Of a stretch of 64,000 nt of DNA, positions 47,755 through 57,258 are shown one piece after another. Made by a program: the position numbers and the translations under genes. A model generated the notes under the pieces. The model ran no database searches, was not told the origin of the DNA, and saw only the letters and a list, made by a program, of their open reading frames with translations. Origin of the DNA: a phage; assembly GCA_021525805.1 (NCBI GenBank), contig GCA_021525805.1_3940.1; one strand, 5' to 3'. The first letter of the stretch is position 1, and each line of letters begins with the position of its first letter.

Positions 47755-48146
47755 TTAAGTTGAACAAAAAACAATTAGAGTGGATTAAAGATTACGCCTC
47801 AGAGTGTGGCTCTTGCGAAAAGAATCACGTAAGATACTCAACATTCCATACGGCCTTCACACTGTATATTGGTGACAATGTTCTAAGTGATTCTGTGGAA
47901 GATGGTGTAGCATTACCTAATGAATTACTTGATAAACTAGCTGTAGTTTCTGGAACTTGGTCTGAAGAAGATGGTCACGAACTCTCTGATGATGTTGTAT
48001 TCTACACCCTTGAAAACATCATGAATCCAGAGTACATTATGCTAATGACTTGCGCACAAGATTGTGTACCATTACAAAACTTCATTAAAGAGCACTGTGA
48101 AGAATTTATTACTAAACAGGTTCCTTGTCAGGTGGTGTTTGAATGA
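47751..48146 (+). CDS. Hypothetical protein
   Basis: 131 aa coupled ORF. Confidence 0.35.
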   Translation: MIKLNKKQLEWIKDYASECGSCEKNHVRYSTFHTAFTLYIGDNVLSDSVEDGVALPNELLDKLAVVSGTWSEEDGHELSDDVVFYTLENIMNPEYIMLMTCAQDCVPLQNFIKEHCEEFITKQVPCQVVFE

Positions 48147-48442
48147 GTAAAACAATTCGAAGAAAAGGTTTAAAGAACGTTCATGGGCTTTATGAGTGGA
48201 GAAATGAGGTACGTAACAGAGAAAACGCTTCAGATGTCTACTTCCATTCTGATATGATGTCCAGAAAAGGTGGCTCTTATGACTTTACAAGTCAGCCTTG
48301 TAGAGAGATTAAGCAGGCTACTAAACGTCTTACAAGGACACAAATAAGGCAGCTTTCTAAGACATCCTTCTTAGATGAAGACTTTGACATTGATAGTAAG
48401 TCCCCAAAGAAAGCTGCTAAGAATACTTATATGTATTGGTGA
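48143..48442 (+). CDS. Hypothetical basic protein
   Basis: 99 aa coupled ORF. Confidence 0.35.
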   Translation: MSKTIRRKGLKNVHGLYEWRNEVRNRENASDVYFHSDMMSRKGGSYDFTSQPCREIKQATKRLTRTQIRQLSKTSFLDEDFDIDSKSPKKAAKNTYMYW

Positions 48443-48451
48443 GGTAACTAG

Positions 48452-48937
48452 ATGAATTACATGGAGATTAGACCATTTGACACAGCTAATGGTGAAGGGG
48501 TTCGTGTAAGCCTCTTCGTAGCTGGTTGTAAGCATCACTGTGAAGGCTGCTTTAACAGGGAGTCTTGGAAGTTTAATGCTGGTAAAGAGTTTACTTATGC
48601 AAACCTCTACGGAATCATCCAACTAATGGGTGATAATGCTGTCAGTGGTTTGTCAATACTTGGTGGAGAACCTCTGGATGATAGAAATATTCAAGAGGTT
48701 ACCAATATATGTAAACGTATTAAAACTGTTTACCCAGAGAAGTCTATCTGGCTCTGGACAGGTTTTCAGTTACACGAAAAGATTCACTTAGATGTGATGA
48801 AATATGTTGACGTGGTGATTGATGGTAAGTATGATTCATCTAAACCAACAGTTAAACCGTATCGTGGTTCTGATAACCAAAACCTCTGGAGAAAAGAGTA
48901 TGGGTGGCAAGGTGATTGTCAGTGGAGAGCCGAGTAA
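48452..48937 (+). CDS. nrdG: Anaerobic RNR activating protein (radical SAM)
   Basis: CKHHCEGC cysteine cluster near N-terminus; ~160 aa; near nrdD. Confidence 0.7.
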   Translation: MNYMEIRPFDTANGEGVRVSLFVAGCKHHCEGCFNRESWKFNAGKEFTYANLYGIIQLMGDNAVSGLSILGGEPLDDRNIQEVTNICKRIKTVYPEKSIWLWTGFQLHEKIHLDVMKYVDVVIDGKYDSSKPTVKPYRGSDNQNLWRKEYGWQGDCQWRAE

Positions 48938-49060
48938 GTCTCGTCGTAAAGTAGGTTATCGGTAAAGGACACTTTACAATGTTCTACAGAACAAACTTAG
49001 CCGTTTGTGTCACTGAAAAGAACTTAAAACATTTTGTGAAAAGATTGAGAGAGATACGAA

Positions 49061-49324
49061 ATGGGACTCTGGAACAGTTTTAAATCAAAAGTAAAAGCAG
49101 CACTAGCTTCATTAGGTATGCTCACTGGGGTTGATGTGGCTCATCTTATGCAGAACTTTAAGATGGATGAGAAGCTGGCTAATGAGATTATGAAAAGTAT
49201 CTATGTAGGTCGTGGCAAAGGTGGTAAGAAACAAGCCCACCGTCCGTCTGGTGCAGCAGCTATTAAACGAGCAGCTAAGAAAGCTCGTAACCGTAAACGT
49301 AATAAGAAGGCTAAATATTCATGA
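49061..49324 (+). CDS. Hypothetical protein with basic C-terminus
   Basis: 87 aa; KKARNRKRNKKAK tail. Confidence 0.3.
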   Translation: MGLWNSFKSKVKAALASLGMLTGVDVAHLMQNFKMDEKLANEIMKSIYVGRGKGGKKQAHRPSGAAAIKRAAKKARNRKRNKKAKYS

Positions 49325-49641
49325 GCAAAGTTTATAACACTCGCAAATTACAGATTTTCGTACTGTGCCAGTTTATGGCTAAAGAATATAACTTCTACTA
49401 TTGTGGTACAGGTTTTATTAGCGATGATGATGGCTCATACCTACCATTCAAAGAAGCTGTAAAACTCTTTAATGAAGAGAAAAGCTCTAAGAAAGATATT
49501 GAAAAGGTTAAACTAACCTACAGCAAGAAAGATAAGAAGATTATCTGCCTAGATAACTTTGTAAAAGTTACTGGGGAAGCAAAAGAGTTTATGGATGAGA
49601 GTGAGATTTCATTCACAAGCATCTTGAAAGTAGCTCAGTAA
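49321..49641 (+). CDS. Hypothetical protein
   Basis: 106 aa coupled ORF followed by terminator. Confidence 0.3.
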   Translation: MSKVYNTRKLQIFVLCQFMAKEYNFYYCGTGFISDDDGSYLPFKEAVKLFNEEKSSKKDIEKVKLTYSKKDKKIICLDNFVKVTGEAKEFMDESEISFTSILKVAQ

Positions 49642-49653
49642 ACAGATACTATA

Positions 49654-49682
49654 GGGGAACTGTAAAGGTTCCCTTTTTTATT
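49654..49682 (+). terminator. Rho-independent terminator
   Basis: ggggaac/gttccc hairpin followed by TTTTTT. Confidence 0.55.
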
Positions 49683-49769
49683 TTGGAGATAATATGTATC
49701 TGTCAAACCTGAAACGTTCTGCTGCAATATCAGTAACAAACGTAACCTTTGATTAAGAGAGAGAAAACT

Positions 49770-50651
49770 ATGAAAACATCTATCCGTGTTACAGTTCATT
49801 CACCAACTAAAGGGACTCATGAAGAAGAGTTTAACATTATCCAATTTCCTTCTGGTGAGATTGGTGGACACTTTTCACAAGAGCTTGTTGATTTTACTGC
49901 TTATGCAGCATCATCCATCAACAACGTGATTATGATTGTAAAAGGCTATGATAAAGACACACTGTTTGCTGTAGCACTTGCTAAAGAGGCAATTGATAAT
50001 TTAGTTCCTCATAAGTATGCTATGAAGACTGTCATCTTTTACTATCTGCCAAACGCACGATACGACCGTCACATGTTTAAAGGTGATGCAGCAGCTTTGA
50101 AAGTGTTTGCACAACAGGTTAATGCAATGGGTTTTGATGCAGTCTGTGCAGTTGACCCTCATAGTTACGTTCCAGATAACCTGTTTAACTGCTTCCAGAG
50201 TATTCCTCAAAAGGAAATTGCAGTCCACTATGCAAATGACCCACTGGTTGATTACTTAGTAGCCCCAGATGCAGGTGCTTCTAAGAAGATTGCAGAGACT
50301 GCTAAAGAGGTGGATAAACCATACATCACAATGTCTAAAGTGCGTAACCTTAAGACTGGTGAAATTACTGGTATGCGAATCCTTGATGATGTTGATTTGA
50401 CAGATAAAACCGTCATGATTCTTGATGATATCTGTGATGGTGGCCGAACCTTCGTAGAAGCAGCAAAACATCTTCGTGAAGCAGGTGCAAAACGTGTGGA
50501 ACTCTATGTAACACATGGTATCTTCTCTAAAGATGTTGAAAACCTTCTTGACAATGGCATTGACCACATCTACACTACAAACTCTTTAGGGGAAGCTAAA
50601 GACCGTGGCTTAACACATTATGGTCAAGTTACTGTAGCAAACCTTGATTGA
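49770..50651 (+). CDS. Ribose-phosphate pyrophosphokinase-like (PRPP synthetase family) protein
   Basis: Type I PRTase motif VMILDDICDGGRTF; ~300 aa; directly upstream of NAMPT-like gene. Track start 49749 is TTG. Confidence 0.6.
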   Translation: MKTSIRVTVHSPTKGTHEEEFNIIQFPSGEIGGHFSQELVDFTAYAASSINNVIMIVKGYDKDTLFAVALAKEAIDNLVPHKYAMKTVIFYYLPNARYDRHMFKGDAAALKVFAQQVNAMGFDAVCAVDPHSYVPDNLFNCFQSIPQKEIAVHYANDPLVDYLVAPDAGASKKIAETAKEVDKPYITMSKVRNLKTGEITGMRILDDVDLTDKTVMILDDICDGGRTFVEAAKHLREAGAKRVELYVTHGIFSKDVENLLDNGIDHIYTTNSLGEAKDRGLTHYGQVTVANLD

Positions 50652-50660
50652 AAGTTCATA

Positions 50661-50681
50661 GGGGCTTAAAAGCCCCATTTT
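50661..50681 (+). terminator. Hairpin, weak terminator
   Basis: ggggctt-aaa-agcccc then ATTTTG. Confidence 0.35.
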
Positions 50682-50696
50682 GAGAGAGATTAAAAG

Positions 50697-52478
50697 ATGA
50701 CTAAATCACTTTATGCAGTACCAGCAGGTCTTAATGCAGATGCTTACAAGGCATCACATATATATCAGTATCCAGATGCTACACAATATCTTATGTTGAA
50801 CCTGACACCACGTAGTGATAAATGGTTTAACAGCCCTTTGGCAATTGACGGTGTAGTGGCTTTTGGTATTCAACGTTTCGTTAAAGATTACTTGATAGAC
50901 CACTGGAACGCCACTTTCTTTGAACGTGACAAAAAAGAAGCAATTGATGAAATCTTAGAAGTCATGAACGGTGTTCTGGGTAAAGATGCTATCGGTCGAG
51001 AGCATTGGGGAGCACTTCACGACTTAGGTTATCTACCAGTTGAAGTATACGCTGTAGAAGAAGGTACAGTTGTCCCTATGCGTGTTCCAATGATTGTCTT
51101 CCAGAACACTGTTTCAGGTTTCCATTGGGTAGCAGGTTATCTGGAAGATGCTTTCTCTGCTGAGATTTGGAAGGCTTGCACCATTGCAACTATTGCATTG
51201 CACTACAAACGTATCTGTAAGAAGTGGGCTGACCTTACTTGCGACAACGACTTACATTTACCTTATCAGTGCCATGACTTTGCTATGCGTGGTATGTCCG
51301 GCTTTACCGATGACGCATTTAATGCTGTAGGTCACTTAACCAGCTTTAAAGGAACTGATAGCTTCCCTGCTGTATACACGGCTAAACGCATCTATGGACA
51401 GTCTTACCCAATTTCTGATATTGGTAGTTCTGTACCAGCCACTGAGCACTCTGTAATGTGTGCAAACATTGCTTGGGAAGGTGGTAATGAATTGATTGAA
51501 GAGGAAAGACGCTTTAAAGGTGAATTACAAACCTTCCGTCGCTTCTTAACAGAAACTTACCCAACTGGTATTGCAAGTGTTGTTTCAGATACTTATAACT
51601 TCTGGAGAACTGTATCAGTTATATTACCAGAACTTCGTAAAGAGATTATGGAACGTGATGGTAAACTGGTAATTCGTCCTGACTCTGGAGACCCTGTACA
51701 TATTGTCACAGGATACAAAGCAATCCATTTAGAGTGTGCTAAAAAGGCTTATTACGAACACCTAAGTAAGCTGGAAGCCAGCGACACAATGTTGAATGCT
51801 GTTCTGAACATGAAGCTTGAAAACATCAATTATGGTATTGCTGGATGGCTACTGTCAGAAGGCTACGAAATGGTTGTTGACAGAGAAGACTTTGAAGTTG
51901 CTGATACAGTGCTGTTGAAAAATGCTTATATGGTTGGTTCTGCAAACGTTGTAACACGTCCTGTAGCAGAGATTGATGGGGCTATTAAGACCCTGTATAA
52001 CATCTTTGGAGGGACTATCAACTCTAAAGGTTTTAAGGTACTGGATGAACACATTGGCCTTATTTATGGTGACTCTATCACGTTGGAACGTGCAAACGAA
52101 ATCCTGAAGCGTTTGTATGAAATGGGTTTTGCAAGCTCTAACGTAGTGTTTGGTGTGGGTTCTTACACTTACCAGTACATGACTCGTGATACCTTTGCAT
52201 TTGCTGTCAAAGCAACTCTTGCAAGCATTGGTGGTAAAGAGGTTATGCTTGCAAAAGACCCTAAAACAGATAGCGGTGTTAAGAAGTCTGCTTTTGGTGG
52301 TGTAGCACCTATGTGGGATGGTGATAAGCTGAAAGCTGTAGATGGCTATGGATTCCAGAGCTTTGCAGATGTGCTAGAGCATCCAGCTTGCGCTTTACGT
52401 TTAGTCTTTAGCGACTCTGAGCAGTTTGGTTACACAACTCTTGGTGATATTCGAAATAATATTGACAAGCAGCTTTAA
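50697..52478 (+). CDS. Nicotinamide phosphoribosyltransferase-like protein
   Basis: 593 aa, NAMPT-family size and architecture; paired with Prs-like gene. Confidence 0.65.
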   Translation: MTKSLYAVPAGLNADAYKASHIYQYPDATQYLMLNLTPRSDKWFNSPLAIDGVVAFGIQRFVKDYLIDHWNATFFERDKKEAIDEILEVMNGVLGKDAIGREHWGALHDLGYLPVEVYAVEEGTVVPMRVPMIVFQNTVSGFHWVAGYLEDAFSAEIWKACTIATIALHYKRICKKWADLTCDNDLHLPYQCHDFAMRGMSGFTDDAFNAVGHLTSFKGTDSFPAVYTAKRIYGQSYPISDIGSSVPATEHSVMCANIAWEGGNELIEEERRFKGELQTFRRFLTETYPTGIASVVSDTYNFWRTVSVILPELRKEIMERDGKLVIRPDSGDPVHIVTGYKAIHLECAKKAYYEHLSKLEASDTMLNAVLNMKLENINYGIAGWLLSEGYEMVVDREDFEVADTVLLKNAYMVGSANVVTRPVAEIDGAIKTLYNIFGGTINSKGFKVLDEHIGLIYGDSITLERANEILKRLYEMGFASSNVVFGVGSYTYQYMTRDTFAFAVKATLASIGGKEVMLAKDPKTDSGVKKSAFGGVAPMWDGDKLKAVDGYGFQSFADVLEHPACALRLVFSDSEQFGYTTLGDIRNNIDKQL

Positions 52479-52492
52479 AAGTATATGATAAG

Positions 52493-52515
52493 AGGCTCCT
52501 ACGGGAGCCTTTTTA
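52493..52515 (+). terminator. Rho-independent terminator
   Basis: aggctcc-tacg-ggagcct followed by TTTTT. Confidence 0.6.
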
Positions 52516-52531
52516 ATTTCTGGAGAAGATT

Positions 52532-52867
52532 ATGAAAATCAAAGAGATGAACATCAACATCGTCTTAGAGGAACGTTGGGAGAACATCAAGAAACCCGAA
52601 AATGGTCATAAGTTCCTTAACAAAATTTTAGTAGCAGCTAAAGAAGAACTGACTGGTAAGATTGCAGCAGCAATCACAATAAAGGTCTGTGTAAAAGGTC
52701 TTCCAGACAATCACCAATTTGCACTTGACGAGTTTAAAGAAAGCTTCTACAATCCAAATAAACAGATGCTTGAAAGTAACTTTGCAGTATCTACAAGTAT
52801 CGTCCATGACAGAAGCTTTATCCTTTACAAGAATATGAGGGGTGAGTCATGCAAGCATATTGGATAG
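52532..52867 (+). CDS. Hypothetical protein
   Basis: 111 aa ORF. Confidence 0.3.
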   Translation: MKIKEMNINIVLEERWENIKKPENGHKFLNKILVAAKEELTGKIAAAITIKVCVKGLPDNHQFALDEFKESFYNPNKQMLESNFAVSTSIVHDRSFILYKNMRGESCKHIG

Positions 52868-53025
52868 AAATTTTACTGTCACTCGGTAGTGTAGCAGTCC
52901 TTGTTTATCTTCTTTGTAAGTACTTTGCAGAACACAAGAAGTGTGACTACTGTAACGGAGAAGGGTATACAAGAGCAGGTTGTTGCCCTATGTGTGGTGG
53001 TTCTGGTAAAATGTTTAATAAGTAA
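52849..53025 (+). CDS. Small membrane-anchored zinc-finger protein (58 aa; not in ORF track)
   Basis: N-terminal hydrophobic helix then CDYCNGEGYTRAGCCPMCGGSG (two CxxCxGxG-like units). Confidence 0.35.
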   Translation: MQAYWIEILLSLGSVAVLVYLLCKYFAEHKKCDYCNGEGYTRAGCCPMCGGSGKMFNK

Positions 53026-53053
53026 TTTAACAGTAAACTAAGAGGAAAGTGTT

Positions 53054-55420
53054 ATGCGCATGGTAAATGACCACGCAGAAGTGATTAAGAGTTCAACTTC
53101 TTTAGAGACGTCTCAAGCACAGATTACAATGACACCTGAGATGTTCAGCCTTTTGAGTTCTGGTGTATATACCTTTAAAGAAAGGGCAGTGATTCGTGAA
53201 CTGTCATGTAACGCAGTAGATGCTCAGAAAGAAGCTGGAAAAGAGAACATCCCATTCCATGTGCATTTACCTACTCGTTTTGAGCCTTACTTCGAAGTTC
53301 GTGATTTTGGAACTGGATTGACTCATGATAAAGTTATGAGTTTGTACCTAAACTATGGAGCTTCTACGAAGAATGACTCTAATGACTACATTGGTGCAAT
53401 GGGTATCGGCTCAAAGTCACCATTTGCAATTGCTCAGTCATTCACAGTATCTAGCTATGTTGATGGTGTTGTTAATAAGTACTCTGTTTATCTTGAGAAT
53501 GGTATCCCTCAAGTAACTAAGCTGACAACTAACCCAACAAAAGAACCTAATGGTTTAGCTGTACGTGTGGCGGTTGCTGACCACCGTATCTCAAAGTTCT
53601 TTGAAGAAGCTGGGAATGTGTACTCATACTTCACTGTAAAACCAGAAAGTAATATTGAGTACGACGATGTATTAGCAGATATGGACGTCATTGCTCGTGA
53701 AGAAGGTGTTTATGATGCCATGATTCATAAGCACAGCTGGCGTTCTAGTGATAACAGGACAGAGTTTAATGTGGTGATGGGTAACATTGCCTACCCTGTT
53801 AATATGGAAGCATTACTTGGCGATGATTTCTTCAAAGTATTGCCAGAATTTTTCCGTAGGAGCGTAGACCTTGTAAACATCTACATGCCTATTGGTTCAG
53901 TTGCTATTGCAGCTTCTCGTGAAGCATTACAGATGAATGACACGACAAAAAATGTTATCATTGAGGCTACTAAAAAGATAACTGAAGCAATTACAAAGGA
54001 TGTTATCAAGAAAGTTAACAGTCAACCTACACTCATGGATGCTGCACAGGCTTATGCTGAGTTACGTTTGAACTCACGAGAGATGTTTAATGCTGTGTGT
54101 CCAAAGCTAGAGTGGGGAGGCGTTAAGCTTGATTCTCTGGAAGAAGAATTGCTAAACATTCGTCGTGGAATTATCTACGCAGAAGACGGCTCAGTCATCT
54201 ATGAACGTGATGGTAAGGGTAATATTAAGGTTGACAGGAACGGAAACAATATCCCTAAAGTAGATTATCTTTATGACCCAGTTGCTTATGTTAAGTTTAA
54301 CTCTTTAGAAAGTAAGATTCGTGCAACAGCACTTTCCTACACTCAAGAGGCAAGTATGTTCAATATCTTTGGTGCAATGCGTAAAAGCCAAATTGAACAG
54401 TTTTTGTTCGTGATTAATGACCGTCGCAATAAAAACGGTACTGAGAAGACTGTAGGACGAAATCAAATCTTGCGTGGTGCATGTCGAGACTACGCTAACG
54501 AGTCAGGCCTGTTCCATAGATACAATGGTATTGTGTTTGTATTCTCGACTGAAAAAGAGTTAGATGATTTAATCAATCTACACAAACTTGATAAAAGCTT
54601 GTTAAAGATTGTGAAAATGTCTGATAAGGAGCATCATTATCAGCGTAAAGAGGCTGTGAGAGGTGTTGTAAAACTATGGAAAGCTGTTCCAGCAGAATCT
54701 GTAGCTTCATACAAAGAGGTGTCAGAAGACTTAGACACAATTGAAGAACCTCAGCTTTATATTAAGGCAGTTGGTGACACAGTTGATGGTAGATGTTTTT
54801 GCTCATCTCCAGAAGATGTAGCTAAGTCAGTTGCTAATGTTACAGGTAAGACAGTCTATGTTTTCCGAAAAGCAAATTGGAAAAAGATACCAGAAGATTG
54901 GATTGAAGTAGATGAGAAACTCTTGAACGACAGCTTAACTGATGTTCATTGGATTAATCATAACAGGTATATGACACGCATATACATGAATGGTGTTCTT
55001 GACCTTACAAGTAGCTGGATTATTGCCAGAAACTTCACATTCAATAACAGGAAGATTTCTCGTGGTTATTGCTATTCACGGGATACAAACAAAACTATCT
55101 TCCTAGAAGGTAATGAAGAGGCTGTGGAGGCAATGTTCGGTAAAATACAATACGTTGCTGCACCGTTTGCATACACTTACACTGTTAGTAGATTGCAAAC
55201 TTTGAAAGAATGCCTTGACAACGATACAAAACTGTACAATAAAATTAAGAAAGCTGGTGACCGTATGGTCATTAAGGTGACAAACTACCTTTCAAAAAGA
55301 AAACAAGAAAACTTCTTGCTTTCCCATTTAGATTGGAATAAAGTGTCACCTATTGAAGTGAGTAAGTTTTTAGGCTTTAATGTAAAATGTGTTCCAGAAG
55401 GTACAACAGTTTACGATTAA
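53054..55420 (+). CDS. rIIA: rIIA-like protein (GHKL ATPase fold N-terminus)
   Basis: N-box-like RELSCNAVDA and G1-like DFGTGL; ~790 aa; followed by rIIB-sized gene. Confidence 0.55.
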   Translation: MRMVNDHAEVIKSSTSLETSQAQITMTPEMFSLLSSGVYTFKERAVIRELSCNAVDAQKEAGKENIPFHVHLPTRFEPYFEVRDFGTGLTHDKVMSLYLNYGASTKNDSNDYIGAMGIGSKSPFAIAQSFTVSSYVDGVVNKYSVYLENGIPQVTKLTTNPTKEPNGLAVRVAVADHRISKFFEEAGNVYSYFTVKPESNIEYDDVLADMDVIAREEGVYDAMIHKHSWRSSDNRTEFNVVMGNIAYPVNMEALLGDDFFKVLPEFFRRSVDLVNIYMPIGSVAIAASREALQMNDTTKNVIIEATKKITEAITKDVIKKVNSQPTLMDAAQAYAELRLNSREMFNAVCPKLEWGGVKLDSLEEELLNIRRGIIYAEDGSVIYERDGKGNIKVDRNGNNIPKVDYLYDPVAYVKFNSLESKIRATALSYTQEASMFNIFGAMRKSQIEQFLFVINDRRNKNGTEKTVGRNQILRGACRDYANESGLFHRYNGIVFVFSTEKELDDLINLHKLDKSLLKIVKMSDKEHHYQRKEAVRGVVKLWKAVPAESVASYKEVSEDLDTIEEPQLYIKAVGDTVDGRCFCSSPEDVAKSVANVTGKTVYVFRKANWKKIPEDWIEVDEKLLNDSLTDVHWINHNRYMTRIYMNGVLDLTSSWIIARNFTFNNRKISRGYCYSRDTNKTIFLEGNEEAVEAMFGKIQYVAAPFAYTYTVSRLQTLKECLDNDTKLYNKIKKAGDRMVIKVTNYLSKRKQENFLLSHLDWNKVSPIEVSKFLGFNVKCVPEGTTVYD

Positions 55421-55425
55421 AGTGT

Positions 55426-55455
55426 TTGACAAGGGGCTTTGAAGCCCCTTAGAAT
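55426..55455 (+). promoter_or_regulatory. Sigma70-like promoter with hairpin in spacer
   Basis: TTGACA, 18 bp spacer containing ggggc-tttgaa-gcccc, TAGAAT. Confidence 0.45.
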
Positions 55456-55499
55456 AACCTCACAAAATGATTTATTAACTAACAAGAGAGAGTAATAAG

Positions 55500-56609
55500 A
55501 TGACTACTAAAACTAAAGCACAGATTGACGCAGAAATTTACAAACTGGTTAAAGAGGGCAAGCTGACTAAAACAGCTATTGCACAGAAATTTAACACCTC
55601 AACCCGTTCAGTCGGTCGTGCTGTAGAGCGTCATGAAGCAACCTTAAAAGGACATAAAAAGGCAACTTCTACACCAACTACGAAGACTTTAAAGCAAGTT
55701 GCTAAGACCTTTAAAAAGAAAGCTGACAAGCCAGTTAAAAAGGCTGTTAAAGAGGGTGTACAGAAAGCTCCGGTAAATAAACTGCATGAAGCTATGCAGA
55801 ATGGCAACCAGATTGAGTACATGATTACTGGCGACTCTGTTATCATGACTTTCGGTGCAGATTCTGAAATCGTTGAATCTACCCATCCGAACTACAAAGA
55901 AATCGTGATGGCTGTTGTATCCGGTGAGTATAAGAAAGCTTTCGAACTGATGAACATTCGTAAGTCTATCGAAAACTTCACTCAGGGTGCTATCACCATC
56001 AAAGGTGACAAGTTATTCTACGGTGCTGTTGAGATGCGTTCTACTCTGGTTGACCGTATTCTTCACATGATGAAGACTGGCGATAAAGGTTTTGAACGAC
56101 TTGTAATGTTCTTCGAAAAACTGATGGAAAACCCATCTAAAGATTCTGTAGAACAACTTTGGGGATTTGTATCTCACCTTGATGTTGAAATTGATGAAGA
56201 AGGCTACATCATTGGTTGGAAGAAAGTCTCTACTCGTGAAGGCAAGCTGGTTGACTCTCACACCTACAAAGTGCCTAATGATTTGGGTAACATTGTAGAA
56301 ATGCCACGTTGGATGGTTGATAATAACCGTAACGTAACTTGCTCTCAAGGTCTTCATGTTGGTGCTTGGGATTATGTTCGTTGCTTCTCAGGTGATACAA
56401 TCCTGAAGGTTCGTGTCCATCCACGAGATGTTGTATCTGTTCCAACTGATTACAACGATATGAAGATGCGTTCCTCTCGTTATGAAGTTGCAGCAATCGT
56501 TGATAATCAACGTAAAGTGCTGGAAGCATGGGACGGTAAGACTGAAGCTTTGCATGTCATCGTTGGCACTGCTGGTGAACTCATCTCTCAACGTAAACGT
56601 GAAATCTAA
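55500..56609 (+). CDS. rIIB-like protein
   Basis: 369 aa immediately downstream of rIIA-like gene; N-terminal HTH-like segment; call by synteny. Confidence 0.4.
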   Translation: MTTKTKAQIDAEIYKLVKEGKLTKTAIAQKFNTSTRSVGRAVERHEATLKGHKKATSTPTTKTLKQVAKTFKKKADKPVKKAVKEGVQKAPVNKLHEAMQNGNQIEYMITGDSVIMTFGADSEIVESTHPNYKEIVMAVVSGEYKKAFELMNIRKSIENFTQGAITIKGDKLFYGAVEMRSTLVDRILHMMKTGDKGFERLVMFFEKLMENPSKDSVEQLWGFVSHLDVEIDEEGYIIGWKKVSTREGKLVDSHTYKVPNDLGNIVEMPRWMVDNNRNVTCSQGLHVGAWDYVRCFSGDTILKVRVHPRDVVSVPTDYNDMKMRSSRYEVAAIVDNQRKVLEAWDGKTEALHVIVGTAGELISQRKREI

Positions 56610-56626
56610 TAAGTAATTTCTTAAAA

Positions 56627-56650
56627 GGCTGCTTCGGCGGCCTTTTTTAT
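56627..56650 (+). terminator. Rho-independent terminator (UUCG tetraloop)
   Basis: ggctgc-ttcg-gcggcc followed by TTTTTT. Confidence 0.6.
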
Positions 56651-56678
56651 TTGTATTTTGTGCAGAGTGCTGTATAAT
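56651..56678 (+). promoter_or_regulatory. Candidate promoter
   Basis: TTGTAT, ~16 bp spacer, TATAAT upstream of 56710 gene. Confidence 0.35.
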
Positions 56679-56709
56679 TGTTGTCATGATAAACTAAACA
56701 GGAGAACCA

Positions 56710-57258
56710 ATGAAGAAGTTGATTCTAGGTTTGTGCTTAATGTTTACAGCACACTTATCTTATGCAGTTGACTGCCCAGAGCTATCAATTAGTCAAAAAG
56801 TAAACATGTTAAAAGCTTACCAGTATGGTGAGAATAATATGGGTAAAGGTTGGGGTATCACTCTAGCTGCTATAGCCTTACAAGAGTCAGAGTTAGGTCT
56901 GAAGGTAGAGAATAAAAAGACACATGATTATGGTATTTTCCAGAATCACTTGAAGACTGTTGTAAAGCGTAACAAAATCAGTCCTAATGTGGCTAAAAAG
57001 AAACTCTTAAAAGACTTTGACTATGCTGCAAAGGAAACGCACAAAGAGCTTGAGTTTTGGACGAAGGTACATGGTCAACCAAAGTCAAAGAAGACTTTAC
57101 AAAAAGTTTTAGCATCATATAATGCTGGGTATTCGTACAAAATCCCTAAAGCTAAGAAATACTCTCAAGATGTCTATAACAATATGAAAGTTATCGCTCA
57201 ATGTGAATTTGCAACAAACATTTCTAAGGTAAATCATGAAAAAATTAAGAAAGTCTGA
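56710..57258 (+). CDS. Secreted lytic transglycosylase-like protein (endolysin candidate)
   Basis: Signal peptide MKKLILGLCLMFTAHLSYA; SLT-like ALQESELG ... YGIFQ ... SYNAG. Confidence 0.45.
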   Translation: MKKLILGLCLMFTAHLSYAVDCPELSISQKVNMLKAYQYGENNMGKGWGITLAAIALQESELGLKVENKKTHDYGIFQNHLKTVVKRNKISPNVAKKKLLKDFDYAAKETHKELEFWTKVHGQPKSKKTLQKVLASYNAGYSYKIPKAKKYSQDVYNNMKVIAQCEFATNISKVNHEKIKKV

